Source of the DNA: Paraspadella gotoi
Lineage: Eukaryota; Animalia; Chaetognatha
Length of the DNA: 64,000 nt
Direction: 5' to 3'
Assembly (NCBI GenBank): GCA_051294375.1
Contig: CM119267.1
Location: forward strand, 20,275,476-20,339,475
How positions within the stretch are numbered: the stretch's first letter is position 1; the number at the start of each line of letters is the position of its first letter. The notes under the pieces were generated by a model that was given only the letters and a program-made list of their open reading frames with translations, was not told the DNA's origin and searched no databases. A program made the translations under genes and the position numbers. This document shows, piece after piece, positions 1 through 13,885 of the stretch.

Positions 1-1282
1 GCGGCTCTCGGCAGAGATTAAAATACGTAGACTCTGTCACTTTTTGCTGCTTGCGATAAATACCAATTCCCTCAGATACACTGTAAACCAAGATAGTACT
101 AATTATAAAGTAAATTTTCGTCCCAGACACGATCAAGAGTGGACATAGAGTATAGGCGAGCCGCGGACGAAGGTTAGATCCAATTTCTGTGGAACTGAGA
201 TTTGATTTTTTGTGATACTATGCGTGCTATGATGCGCGTGAGGGTTACTCCTTTTTGTAATTTCAATCTTGATATTCTCTGTGTTTTTTTCTGATTTTTT
301 TGTGGTTTGTTCTTATTGTTGATATATTTTCCCAGCAGGCCCCAATTTTTTTTTTGTTCGTTTTTTGGGTTTTTCTTACTACCTCTCCTCTAACTCTGTA
401 CTGAAGGAGATATGATTATACATAGGTATGGCAGGCACAGGGAAGAAGAAATAAAAGGAAGAACTCTCTTCACCCCCAGTGACTAGAAAATCAAATCGGA
501 ATGATAGAAGTAGTAGCCAGCCGTCCGAGAGAAGAAGCAAAATGTTTTCCTAAATTGCAAAAGGTCGCAGATGCAAGCCTCACGGCGAGCAAAAAAAGTC
601 CGCAAAAAGGGGCAGAGGTCGACAACCGCGGACTCGGAGAGACATGTCAAAACTTGATCCGCGATGTGACGCGAAACTAAAATTCATGTAATTTGTCGCG
701 GTCCCCAGAAATCTCTTGTCTGGCCAAAATCGTTTACTGATTTGCAGATTTTACACATCCAAACCCCCCACCAGTTATGTTAATTCAACTAAGAAGTTGA
801 CATCAACCATTGATAAACACACGAGAAATACACTGCGCGCTAATACGATCAACGAATCCGCGTGACGTTCGGCCCGACGGCGCCAATTAGACGAGGATGA
901 CCGCAATCGTGACTAAAGAGGATGGATGCGTAACTCGTGACGTGAAAATCGCACGTGCGCCCTCAAGGTCTCTTGTCAGCGTCGTTTTGCGTCTTGTCGT
1001 CTCTGTTTTTCGTCAATCGTCGACAAAGGTTAGAAGTTTCTCATTTTCAATTACTTAATTCTTAACACCTCACTGGAAAACATGGAAGTAACTAAAATTT
1101 GAACAACGTCAAATTTGATCTTCGTTTGTTTAAAATACAAATAATATTCTTGTAATGCGAACAAAGATAGCCTAAGCGCCAAAAGACAAAACATCGAATA
1201 TTATTTTACACGCTTAAATAAGGTAAAAAACAAAGAAGGACGAGTAATATATTATTTGTCACGATCGCTACACGTTAAACAG

Positions 1283-1285
<3 letters not shown>

Positions 1286-1323
<38 letters not shown>

Positions 1324-1732
1324 AAAACAAGTTATTAGTCGACAAACAACAAAAACCGAGAGCAAAAAGAAAATTGGGAGAGAAGGCGGGAAAGAAAGGG
1401 AAAAAAATGGATTAGGTTTGAACTATGAAGATGTTAGTTAGTTGGAGATGTTGTTCTATGTATCTATCTATATATCATTCTATCTTTCTATCAATCAATT
1501 ATTATTTTATTATTACTTTATTTATCTATTTATGTATGTACATTGAATAAACACAACGCCTCTCCCGATGAGAAAAACTCAAGGTGAGCGATTGAGACAA
1601 AAGAGCAAAAGTTGAATAATTCAAGAAATTTCGAGTTATGTACTTTCTTCTTTTCTCTCCTCCCAAAACGTCAACGGTTATTGTGATGCGTAAAATTACG
1701 TTATGGCCCGCGGTCTTTTTCTCTGTCTCTTC

Positions 1733-1763
<31 letters not shown>

Positions 1764-1859
1764 CTCTCTGTCTGTCTGTCTCTTTCTCTCTCTCTCTTTC
1801 CCTCTCTGTCCTTTTTTTCTCTTATCCTCGTATTTGCTTTCGGTTCACTTCATCGATAA

Positions 1860-1941
<82 letters not shown>

Positions 1942-2222
1942 CCCTGCCCCGAGCTACCTGCTCTGCCTTTTGTTTCCCTCCCTCTTTCGCCACCATCCCG
2001 AAAGCCAAATGAACAGGTGCTGCCACCTGCGATCAAAACGTTTACTCCATTTCCATATTGAAAACAGAAGGGAAACGAAGGGATTCTGTCGCGAATCAGC
2101 CGAACAAAACGAATCCTGCGCTTTGGCCGGAAATCGTTATGAATTTACCAAGGAGCCCTCTCTCTCTCTCTCTCTCTCTCTCCTCTCTCTTTCTTCTTCT
2201 CTCTCTCTCTCTCTCTCTCTCT
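1286..2222. repeat. Cluster of (AG)n/(CT)n microsatellites, representative of dozens across the window
   Basis: Directly visible dinucleotide runs at about 1286-1318, 1732-1810, 1862-1941 and 2158-2222. They generate the RERERE and SLSLSL pseudo-ORFs. Confidence 0.97.
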
Positions 2223-3142
2223 GTTAGTAACTGTTAAAAGCATCGCTCTTCCGATAGCATTTTCGCAATAACCGCGGGCGTTCGGAATGAATTATGACCG
2301 CGGAACACACGATTCTCTAAACTCCGCATTATTTTTCTTTTCTTTTCCGAATGATAGTCCATCGTAATATAGCGTGATGTGGAAGTACTGTTGTTTTTGC
2401 CAATGTTAACGTTGTTGTGGATTAAATACTCTGACTACCTCCACTACAGTCAATATGAAATTATCAAAACAAAGTTCTACTCAACCTTTTCAGAGACACA
2501 AAAAGCCACAAAAATAAGGCGAATATTGATTTAATATCGTTTGATAACTTTCATGTGCTTGTAGTTTAAATTACAACGTTCGTTGAATTCAAAAGTGAAT
2601 AAACTGAATATACGTAATACGTATTATATCTCTCTTTTCGCGTTCTTCTTATTTCATTAGTATGTTTGTATTACTTAAATGTCGTATTTCTTTTCTCTTT
2701 TTAATGCTTTTTCAGTATTTCTGGGTTTTTTTTCGTATTTTCGTAGAATTCAAAAAGTATTATCTGTTTCTATCATGTTTTAATTCAACGATTGTTTTAT
2801 TTCCCAACCATTTCAAATGCCACTTCTGTATCAAGGTCGAAGGTCACGTGACACCGTCGACGTGAAACAAATTTCTCTCCGCCTTTCGTAACCTTTTTTT
2901 TTTTTTTTGGAGTCAAATCCCCGAAACTGACCTTTTCTGGACGATAAGTTTAACTCACCTTCGATCCATCATCATCTCCTGTCACCATCATAATTCCGAT
3001 GCCGACCTCGCGTAACCCATTCATCAATTTCCCATAACTTCGCCTTCGAAACCACAGTGAACCTTTTCGGGTCTGAAACCCGATTCACGATTTTCATCGT
3101 TTTTTTTTCCTCAGGAATTCACAGTGTGATTACGATAGATAT

Positions 3143-3921
3143 AAACTGACTTTGGTTCCGCCTGTCAACATATCATCCTCGCCAATTTAACAAAAGATAA
3201 TTTAACAATTATCGTTATAGAATAATTATTATAATTATTAACTTAGAGAAAAACAAAGTTTTATTAGTTTTCAACGAATTTGTTTTTATTGGTAAACAGA
3301 CATGTTTCGGCTTTGGTTTTTCAAGCCTTCTTCAGTGTTTTTAGTTTGTGAATTAGACAAAAATATTGTGCACTCTTCTTTTGCACAATATTTTTGAGCC
3401 GGAATCCACGCGACAAAAATTTTTGTGGGGGCGAAACGATTTGGAGACGCGACGGTCACCGATTCNNNNNNNNNNAAACTGACTTTGGTTCTGCCTGTCA
3501 AGTGTCAACATATCATCTTCGCCAATTTAACAAAAGATAATATAACAATTATCGTTATTATCGTTTAATGGATATTTTTTTATGAATTCTCTTTAAAAAA
3601 ATTATTCAAAAAATTATTTTTATTCCCAATAAAAATAAAATTAAACGGCTAAATTTAGCATTTTTAAAAATTAATCCTTCCTGAAAAACTAATAAAATAC
3701 CGCTCGACATCAGCAACAAAATCTCCCGAGATAGGCGGACAGAGGAAGGAGCGGGGCGTTAATCTGGAAGTCTTTTGTTTTTTTAAATACAACATATAAA
3801 TATAAATAATTAAATATAACATTGTGCCCCCGAGAACGACGACTTGAAAAATGAGCCAGAATCCACGCGACAAAAATTTTGGGGGGGCGAAACGATTTGG
3901 AGACACGACGGTCACCGATTC
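3143..3921. other. Tandem duplication across a 10-N gap (probably uncollapsed haplotypes)
   Basis: 3143-3218 recurs at 3476-3558 and 3395-3465 recurs at 3852-3921 with a few differences. The gap 3466-3475 lies exactly between the two versions, whose middles differ. Confidence 0.8.
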
Positions 3922-4944
3922 CGGTCCAACGTCGTTATTCGACCGTGGCCAGTGGCCACGCTCATAGCTAACTCACCCCACTCATCTCCAAAATCTAACG
4001 CCCCCCTTTCGCCGACGTTGGTCCATTCCCCGCAGTCTCACCCTCTTTCACACATTTCAAGTGAATTCACTTCAATACAGTCACATTTAAGTCTCCTTCG
4101 CGTTTTGTCTACGAGTTTTAAATCAATTACCAAGCTAAATCGGTATTTTAACTCACTCGATATTGGTAATAATAATATGTAATATGTATTAAAATGTAAT
4201 ATTATTACACACATCACTTTTCTTTCCCTCCCTTCGAATATCTTCCTGCGTTTAAAACCAATCCCTGGGGAGAGTTGAGCGTGAGAGTGAGAAAACTGAC
4301 CAGAAAAAAAAAGGGAAACAGTCGACGACGGCATTTTGCCTTTTTGTCTGACCTTTGACTCCGGAACAAGGGCGTCGTTTTTTCTCAGTTCTTTCTCTTT
4401 CTCTTTGCTTTCTCTTAGCTTTCTTTTACTCTCTTGCTTTCTTTTTTTAAACATTGCTTTCTTTCATTCTTTCTTTTTTTTTTTGTCCTTTCATTCTTTA
4501 TTTCTCTCTCCCTACTCATTTTTCTTTATTTTACCGTTTTCGTCTTCATTTCTGTATTTTAATCTTATGCTATCATTACAGGAGATACAGAGATGGAACC
4601 GGATCAAAGACTCGGGGAGAAATCACCGAGATGGAATCAAAATTGACACCGTCTTCTGGTCTACTTTTCTATCAATGGATTCCACCTCGGTTTCATGCTG
4701 AAATCCCTGTCTACTTAATTAAATGCTAAACTACCATTTTCTTTCTTACTTTCCGTCGTTTTGTTATTCTTTATTTCATTATGATCTATCTTTCTATCTT
4801 TATTTCTTTGTCTTTCTTTTCGTCAGCACTTTAAACTCTCACTCTTTCTTATTCTCTTCTTCTAATTTCTCTTCCTCACACTTTCTGGTTATTTTTTTCC
4901 TTTTTCTCTAGATCGGCCTCCTCCAGCCGTTATCTTGGATTCCC

Positions 4945-5339
<395 letters not shown>

Positions 5340-6845
5340 TTTAGGTCAGGAAGCGGAAGAATCTCTTGTGACAGGATGTCGAAACTCCGAGGAGAGAAAT
5401 ACAGAAAGAGAGAGAGAGGCAGAAGAGGGAGAGAGGAAAAACAAGGAGTGGCAAGAAATGGCAAAAAGTAGCTAGTTCACTAATTCAGGGTCTTATGCAC
5501 GAATTTCCAGATGATCATGTGACTACGTGTACGTGTACGTGTACGTGTACTACACAAGTATGAAACATATGCACAAAAAGAATCTTAAAGATCTTAAAAA
5601 TCTGTCGACTCCTTGACGGCGTCATTTTGCCACGCCAAAAATCTTAGACGAAAACTCTTTGTGATACTCCTTCGGTCATCGGCCACACTCATTAGTGACG
5701 TGGAAGGTGGTCTAGACTCCGTAAACGGCCGTTTTTCGACGCGTAGAAAAGTCCTAAATGTCTGCCAGGCCCATTATTTCTGGTCAGAAAAGGAAGAGGG
5801 GAGAAAACTCAGAATAAAAGGTAAAAAAAAAATGGTATCAAAGAAATTAAAGAAATTGCCAAGGAATGGTTAATAATAGCATGCCATATCTCTAAATCGT
5901 TCTCGGCCGCCTCTCAGATTATCGGTAAGGCTCTCTTTCCCGCGGTCCTGGGGGGGGGGGATCGTGGTCTTCAAATATAGATGTCGTCGTCTTTCTATTT
6001 AATCTCCGTCATCGCAACTGGATCTCTCTCGCCTTCGTCATCCCCGTGATGAATGATCCGTTCGAATTTCGGAAATTGACAAACGGATAAATCGACAGAC
6101 GGACAAACGATCTGGAGCCGGATTCGGATCGATATTAGATTATTTTCTCTTCTTCTAATCTTTTGACGTTCCTCATCCACCTTCTCCTCTTCATCCTAAT
6201 CTTCCTCCTCTTCCTCCTCCAGTTCTAATCCTTTGATCTCTTTACATTTTTTTCTTTTCCTCTGCTTTCCTTTTTATTTTATTTTCCCTCCGGTCAATTT
6301 CTAGGATATTTCTTCATTGTTTTAAATATTTTAGAAAAACCCATAAAAACCTTTTTTTAGAAATGTAAATCTAATCAAACGAAATTATAACAAAAGTTGT
6401 TTAATGTATACAAAAGTATGATTAATATTGATTATATATCCCACACAATGTATTAACCCTCTGCATGAGACGTCCCTTCTAAATTTTAACTTTTAAAGAA
6501 TTCTTTCTATTTTTTTTAAACTGAAATTATTTTTTAAAATTTTTCATCTCCGTTTTATTTTCCTTTTCCCGTCTTTTCTAATCTCATTTTCTTATTTAAA
6601 TCCTGTCTCGTTAATCCTTCTTCCGTATTTTTCATTTCATCTTGAGTTTCTCGTCTCCTATATCATTTCAAATGCACCATTCATCTCATAGAAATCCTTT
6701 GACAAATCCTCCCAAATATAATCTCCAGTTCCGCACAGCCATTGGTTAAAACTATTCTCCCCGGTGTCGTTTCCTTGACAACTCGGACGCCGAGAGTTTG
6801 CGTCACAATGAGGGAGAATTAGACGACGACGTACAACAATTCTAG

Positions 6846-6886
<41 letters not shown>

Positions 6887-7191
6887 AAAAGACGGAAACA
6901 ATTGGATACCGAACAAGACCTGTCGACAATTGTTTCCAACGCTTTAGAAATCAGTAGCAGAATATCCAGCTGCTAAAGCGAGCTACAAATACAATCTGAA
7001 TCTAATAGCATCGCAGGTAGCAATGAAATGACATACAGGTCAGAATGAGCTGCGAAAATGAACATTATCAGTTTTATTAGGGCATATAAAAATAACAAAA
7101 GTTCATCAAGATTTTAAGGCAAAAAAGTCCGAATAATCTAACATAATTGTTGTGACAATTTTAGAGACTACGATTGTTTTTCTTTAACAAT

Positions 7192-8347
7192 ATCATTGTC
7201 TGTGAACAAACCAAGCTTTTATTTCTGCCGTAAACGTAACCAAAAAAATCGAAAATATAATAATAATAAAAAAAATCACGGTTCTTTTTATAGGAGGAAA
7301 AAGAAAATGGAAATATACCATCTCTGGAATGATAAAAACCTGAAAGGTTGCTGTCTGGACAAGAGCTTAGGCTAAGTCGAAAAAAATATAGACTCAATTC
7401 AAACATCTATATGTCAAACGATATCAGTAAACCAAGAGCTTTAATTTAAGACCACCCCCAACTTTCTACGACTTTTGGTTAAAAAGTTATTAATCAAAAT
7501 ATATTATTNNNNNNNNNNNNNNNNNNNNNNNNNNNNNNNNNNNNNNNNNNNNNNNNNNNNNNNNNNNNNNNNNNNNNNNNNNNNNNNNNNNNNNNNNNNN
7601 NNNNNNNNNNNNNNNNNNNNNNNNNNNNNNNNNNNNNNNNNNNNNNNNNNNNNNNNNNNNNNNNNNNNNNNNNNNNNNNNNNNNNNNNNNNNNNNNNNNN
7701 NNNNNNNNNNNNNNNNNNNNNNNNNNNNNNNNNNNNNNNNNNNNNNNNNNNNNNNNNNNNNNNNNNNNNNNNNNNNNNNNNNNNNNNNNNNNNNNNNNNN
7801 NNNNNNNNNNNNNNNNNNNNNNNNNNNNNNNNNNNNNNNNNNNNNNNNNNNNNNNNNNNNNNNNNNNNNNNNNNNNNNNNNNNNNNNNNNNNNNNNNNNN
7901 NNNNNNNNNNNNNNNNNNNNNNNNNNNNNNNNNNNNNNNNNNNNNNNNNNNNNNNNNNNNNNNNNNNNNNNNNNNNNNNNNNNNNNNNNNNNNNNNNNNN
8001 NNNNNNNNNNNNNNNNNNNNNNNNNNNNNNNNNNNNNNNNNNNNNNNNNNNNNNNNNNNNNNNNNNNNNNNNNNNNNNNNNNNNNNNNNNNNNNNNNNNN
8101 NNNNNNNNNNNNNNNNNNNNNNNNNNNNNNNNNNNNNNNNNNNNNNNNNNNNNNNNNNNNNNNNNNNNNNNNNNNNNNNNNNNNNNNNNNNNNNNNNNNN
8201 NNNNNNNNNATCATTGTCTGTGAACAAACAAAATTTTATTTCTGCCGTAAATGTAACCAAAAAAATCGAAAATATAATAATAATAAAAAAAANNNNNNNN
8301 NNNNNNNNNNTTCCATTTTCTTTTTCCTCCTATAAAAAGAACCGTGA
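7192..8347. other. Scaffold gaps (7509-8209, 8293-8310) with duplicated and inverted flanks
   Basis: 7192-7275 recurs at 8210-8292. 8311-8347 is the reverse complement of 7276-7312. Confidence 0.85.
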
Positions 8348-8664
8348 ATAATAATAAAAATCGCAAATATAATAATAAAATTGGAACGATATCCTTAAAA
8401 CTAATATATTAAACAATTTCCGGTCGCTTTTAAAGTTCCCCTTCATTTCTTTGTCCCGGTTTCAACGCGAATTTTAAATCCGATGCCACCGACAGAAATT
8501 CCACTTTTCCATTTTTAAACTCGAAATTTCATTTCCCGAATTTTTCAGTCCAAAGTTCATCTCACGACTTTAACGAATTTCAACAAAAAAATTTTCTCTC
8601 GAATTTTTTTATTTTCCGCGGGAAATGAAAAAAAAACTTTCAGCCTCGAAGAATGATCCTGTCT

Positions 8665-9928
8665 TTAATCTATATGTGGCAACATGTCCAGCTGTCTGTC
8701 CCAGTTCTCGCTGCAGAACCAGAAGCTTTGCAGCAGACACAGCTCCTGCCGCATCCCAGCGGTTGGAGACGAATTCGTGTGGATGCCGAGAAACTCGTGA
8801 TGAAACGAGATCGCTCCAGCAAACTGCCGCAAACGCAGCGACTGCCACAGACCCGAGACTTTCCTGTTATTCATAGCGTCTCTTACAAATCCCCTCAATT
8901 CGTTAGACGATATTCCGTCCTACCCGACCTTCCTTTATCCTACCCGACCTCCTCTTTCTTCCTTCATCCTGCCCGACCTACTCTTTCTTCCTTCATCCTG
9001 CCCGACCTACTCATTCTTCCTTCATCCTACCCGACCTCCTCTTTCTTCCTTCATCCTGCCCGACCTACTCTTTCTTCCTTCATCCAAACACTTGGAAAAT
9101 CATTCAACTCTAACCCTCATTTCTTTCTTTGTTCTACCTCCAGTACCTTCTTTACCCACAGTGCACATATGCACACATATGCACACAGATGCGCACATAT
9201 TACACACTACCCATTTTCTAATTTTTTTATCCCCGGCCCCTTCTTTTTTTTTTCTTAATGTTCAACCATAACCCTTTTTCAAATGATTTAACCCTCCGAC
9301 CCTCCATTCTTTCTTTCTTATATGTATTAAGTACCTCCCTTATTTCCTTCCTTTCCTCCTTTCCTTCCTTTCCTTTTTTCCTTCCTTCCTCGCCTTCCTT
9401 TCCTCCCTTCCTTCCTTTCCTCCCTCCCACCGTTCGATTGATTTTCCCCTCATTTATATCCTTGGTCTTTCCTCGTCCTCCCTCAACCGCAACTTCTCCT
9501 TTCCGCCATCTTGGATTAGAAATTCCGCCAAAATCTCGGAGCCAAGAGACGTGAGGGTCGAAGAGTAGAGAGAGATGAGGAGGTCTGGGTTCACTCACGC
9601 CTCTCGATCCAAAGTGATGGTTCCCAAAGTGATCACGAAGCGTGAATCTGTGAAATGATCACTTTGGGGGAAGAAAAAAAGGCTTTCCTTTTTTTTTTTT
9701 TTTTGTCGAGACCTATCGAATCCTTTATTTAAAATGATAGTAAGACAAGCAAGACAAGCACTGGGAACCACTGAAATGGCTGTCGAACGAGGCAGTCCTA
9801 AAAATAGGGGAGCAGGCAGTGAGCTAGAAAGCCGCATAGAAAGATAGGGCGTAAATTCCTTACCAGAGACGGGACGACGGGACCCCATTCTCATTGCAGC
9901 CTTCATCTAAATTCGCGTCTCGACGAGT
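8665..9928 (-). CDS. Candidate internal exons of an unidentified gene
   Basis: Minus-strand splice chain: tttattcag|9928-9864 (only open frame TRRDANLDEGCNENGVPSSRL)|gtaagg, 66-nt intron ending atttttag, exon from 9797 (W-TASFDSHFS), tttcacag|9647-9599|gtgagt, then a GC-rich open block at about 8864-8640. No family recognised. Confidence 0.35.
8919..9085 (+). repeat. 29-bp minisatellite, 5 full copies plus a partial
   Basis: Unit CCTRCCCGACCTMCTCTTTCTTCCTTCAT starts at 8939, 8968, 8997, 9026 and 9055, head to tail with no spacers. Confidence 0.95.
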
Positions 9929-10285
9929 CTGAATAAAGGCCGACAGCGCGAGGAGACTTCTTAGAATTTTTTTTTCCTTTTTTNNNNNNNNNNTTTTTTC
10001 CTCGCATTCAATACGAGAAGTTGTCTTGTGGAGAAAACAATGGCGACGGAATAATTGGGGAATAAAACTTTTTTTTTATAAATCGCTTTTTCCCAGTTTT
10101 ACTTATTTCAGAATTCAGTGGATGTTATCGGTGTAAATTGATTATGTAGTTGTGCAACAGACGGCACTATTTTGCGAAAGAGCCCCTGTTTAAAACAGTG
10201 TTTATGTTTCCTAATCTTTTATCTTAATATTAATTTTAATATTTAACCAACTTTTTTCCAAATTCTTTACCAAATCTCAAACAAT

Positions 10286-10400
10286 AATCCTTAACCCTAA
10301 CTCTCTTCTTTTGCCTTAATCCCTAAACTCTAACCGAATCTCTATCCTAATCCAAATATTTATTCACTAATATAATCCCGAAACCTAATCTTTAAACTTA
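10286..10400 (+). repeat. Degenerate telomere-like (CCCTAA-type) tract
   Basis: ttaaccctaa, taatccctaaa, ctctaacc, tcctaatcc and aaacctaatc motifs are clustered here; similar tracts occur at 54510-54545 and 62412-62455. Confidence 0.5.
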
Positions 10401-11368
10401 AAAACTAATTTAATTCCAAATTTTAGCTGAAATGTAAAAACTTGATCCAACAGACGATAAACAGTCAATAAAATAGAGAAATTGAGGGAAGGGTCAGTAG
10501 TGACACAGACAATTGATGATAACAACGGTAGTGACAATTGAAAAAGACGGGAGAAAAGAAGCTGCGATTCGAAGGACAATGATGGGAGGGACGAAACGCG
10601 TTCCAAGGATGGATTACGAGAGAGGGCGTTGTCGTCGTTGTCGTCGTCGTCCTCGTAGTAGTTTCTCCGTGAAAAATGCGTAACACTTGTTAGGTCTCTT
10701 TTTTTTTTTTTTTTTAAGTAAAAAGAAAATATAAGAGAATAGTAATATAAATTGAACGATTAAATATTAATTGATAGAAAGATGAGGAAATTTGAATGCA
10801 ACCGAGGAGAGTCGTTGAGAACATTTCCAACAGCCAAAATAAACCGCCGCTTAGTCTTTAAAAAAATGAACAAGTAAGCATTTTTCTCATTTCAGAAAAA
10901 AACGAATAATAGCCTTAGAAACGGTATTTTTCATAGAATAAATATTAGAAACAAAAGTCTTTCTTATACAAGAGAAAACTAAATACAAATACAAATACCA
11001 AAAAAATGAATGAAAATAGAATTTAAGTAAAACGAAGGGACAAAAATAAATAATCTAATAGTGCAAAAAATGTTTTTAAAAAATTAATGCAATTTGAAAA
11101 GAGAAATGGGAGCAGACAAATCCTTTGTGAATGCTATGGCAATGGGCAATGGAAGAGTTTGTGGTCGGCTTGAAAGAGGCCAGATAAAGAGGCCAGAAAA
11201 GGAGGCCAAAGCGAGACAGAAAAAAAATTGCGTAATCCCGGATGTTGACTGGGGATGTAAAAAAGGACAAAAGGAGATAATAGGGAAAAAAGAGGGATAG
11301 AAATGGGACAGAATAGAAAAGGGAGTACATGAGCGGAATCCCATTTTCAGATAAGCAAAAAAAAAAAA

Positions 11369-11493
11369 CATCTCCCCCCACGCCCCCCCACCCCTCGGAC
11401 ATCGGACCTCCCCGTCTCTTCCCTCGAGTTTTCAAATTTCGCAACAGCCTTCCCTCATTGAATGACTTTCGTCCACCTTGAGGAAGTATTCGA

Positions 11494-11544
<51 letters not shown>

Positions 11545-11607
11545 TCTCTCTCTCTCTCTCTCTCTCATCGGCAGGAAAACTTACGCAATTTACAGTGTTG
11601 TGGTTCG
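11369..11607 (+). repeat. Direct duplicate of the palindrome spacer (20787-21026), ending at a 25-N gap
   Basis: catctccccccacg...tacagtgttgtggttcg is near-identical to 20787-21026. Confidence 0.95.
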
Positions 11608-12190
11608 NNNNNNNNNNNNNNNNNNNNNNNNNAATGCTGTTAATAGTCTTTTATTAAGTTTATTGCCATTTATGGTGATTTTTGCAAAATGAGTAAACAT
11701 ATGCATATTTGAATAGAGTAACTGTGTTGAATCTGAGAGGAATAGAGAAGTTTGATTATTTCGTATCGAGATTGGTTTATGTTAAATACATTTGTATTTT
11801 GAAGAACCACCGTGACAAAGTTCGAATAAAAGCCACATGGATGTCATATGCGCAATTAGATGGCGCATCAAAAGAAAAGAGCATCAATTATGTTACTACG
11901 TCACAAACAAAAGGCGAACGCGACCTTTAATGAGGAACAATCGAATCTCAAGGTCAAGGTCGCGGCGGCCGGCGCGGCGGCCGGACGGCGGCGGAAGGCG
12001 CGGGCAGAGCAAGAGAGAGAGGGAGATTTGAGTATGTTCCTATTCACTTTGAAATGTATTAACACTCCTTAAGGCGGACATTAAAATTCGACAGTTGTTA
12101 CAAAATGGCCTTAACCTACTACATTTCATAGCATTATGAAATTCCTGTATCCGTTAATAAAGAGAGAAGAGGAGAGAGGAGAGAGAAGAG

Positions 12191-12225
<35 letters not shown>

Positions 12226-12674
12226 AGAGAAAGAGAGAGAGAGAAATTAACACGAAAGGAAGTTGGTCAGGAATTTCATAGAAAATGCTTCAAGTTTGCT
12301 TAAATAAAAACTAATTTTTTTTTGATTGAAGTTAAAAAAAGAAAATTATTTCGAAAACCCGAAAAAATGTAGAGAGGAAATGAAAAATAACAAAAAAGAA
12401 AAAAGCAAACCCTAAATGGCCTCATGAGTTGATTGAATCTAACACTGAGTCCAGATACAGAAGAGTCTTGAAAGGTTCTGCCTTAAAAACGGCGCTAATG
12501 GCGACATCTTTGATGTCATTTTGTTAGTTTTCTTCTTTTTTTTTCTGTCCTTCCCGTTTATGAGCTAACTCTACAGGGTTTATACATACTAAAAATGAAA
12601 TTTACTTTTTTACATACATAAATTGGATAAGGGCTGACGAGAGCGAATTGGGTGGAAGAAAGACTTCGGTTCAA

Positions 12675-13885
12675 TTAATCTTTGTCACTTTTAAGGGGAC
12701 GAGGAGGACGACAAGGGTCTCTTTGAGTCGGAGGGCTGAAAAAAGATCTGACGAGGCCCTTTAATAGAGATAACAACGACAACGAATGGAAAGCACCGCA
12801 ATTGCCAACAGCGACCAATAGCGAGACCAACAGCAAATAAGAGAAAAGATGAATATGCATTGACCAAGAAAGCCTAAAAAATTTACATTAAATAAAATTA
12901 TATGGCAAACACTTCTAAAAAAAGAAGTACAAAAAACGAAAAAAAAAAAAAAAAACCAAGCGAAACAATCACAACAAACATATAATTAATCCCGTGATTT
13001 TCCAGATTTCCAAAGCACGTTGCATCGATTTAAAAATACCCCCGCCATTCCGCTATCAACTTCAGTTTCTTGGTTCCAACAATAAAACCCAGAATCAATC
13101 AGTTTTCATCATTTAAGCAATAAGATCGCTTTCCTCTTTCACTTATTGTCTAGAGATTCAGACGCAAAAAGCAGAGAGACTTTAATGACCTTTGTTAATA
13201 AATCCGGCTTAATTCCGCCGTCGACTTATGGCGGCGTGGTGTCGGCCCGATATATGGCGCAATCGTCGTTCTATTTCTGGCGTCGTGAACTCGTCGTTCG
13301 GTTGTCATCGTCGTTGTTTGCGCCGATGGTGTCTTGTCCGTCTTCTTGATGGCGCCGTTTTTCGTCGTCGTTGTCATCGTGTTGGTTTGGCCGGTGTCTT
13401 TTGTTCGTCTTCGTGATTGGCGCCGTTTTGTCGCGTTTCATTGTCATTCCGTTGGGCCGTCGTTATTGACGTACGTTTAGGGCTGTACCTTGGCGGGGGC
13501 GCTTTGTTATTTTATGGTTAAACCAAGCCAACTATTAGTAGTAGCTACTTAGTACATCTCAATTGAATTTAATTTAATTCGATTCCGTTGCAAGATAGGC
13601 GCGCTATGATAATGAAAAATTTGAGACGAATAGGGATATTTGATCACGTTGATCGGAATCGGCCGTCGATTCCCTTTTGTTTCCTCATTTTCAGGGACGC
13701 AAGATTCTTTTATCTTTTCGCCCTCAGTTTTTCCCATCGTTTTGTCTCCGTCGCCGAAGAAGTCGCGGCGCTGCGGCGGCTGGCTACGGGAGGCTGCGGC
13801 GTGGATCCGTGAAGGAAGATCGAGCGACGACAACGATAACGATTAACGATGACTACAAATATTTATAAATGGTCATATGACCCTA
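12675..13885 (-). CDS. Mucin-like type I membrane protein, copy 1 (heavily frameshifted)
   Basis: Reverse-complement copy of 35233-36420; ends PRPLKSDKD* at 12675. Confidence 0.45.

Noticed and set aside
6658-7020. Poly-Arg ORF on - and poly-Asp frame on +
   Set aside because: Both derive from a (GAC)n tract. The flanks may be exonic, but strand and frame could not be resolved.
7475-8335. Long 236-286 aa ORFs
   Set aside because: They consist almost entirely of N gap.
8919-9085. 29-bp repeats as a CRISPR array
   Set aside because: Units are contiguous with no unique spacers, there are no cas genes, and the context is eukaryotic.
9599-9647. Cadherin LDRE motif (RFVITLGTITLDREA)
   Set aside because: Spacing is too short, no other cadherin motifs are nearby, and another frame is equally open.
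9621-9670. Hairpin as a pre-miRNA
   Set aside because: The stem is only 13-15 bp and no known mature miRNA was recognised.
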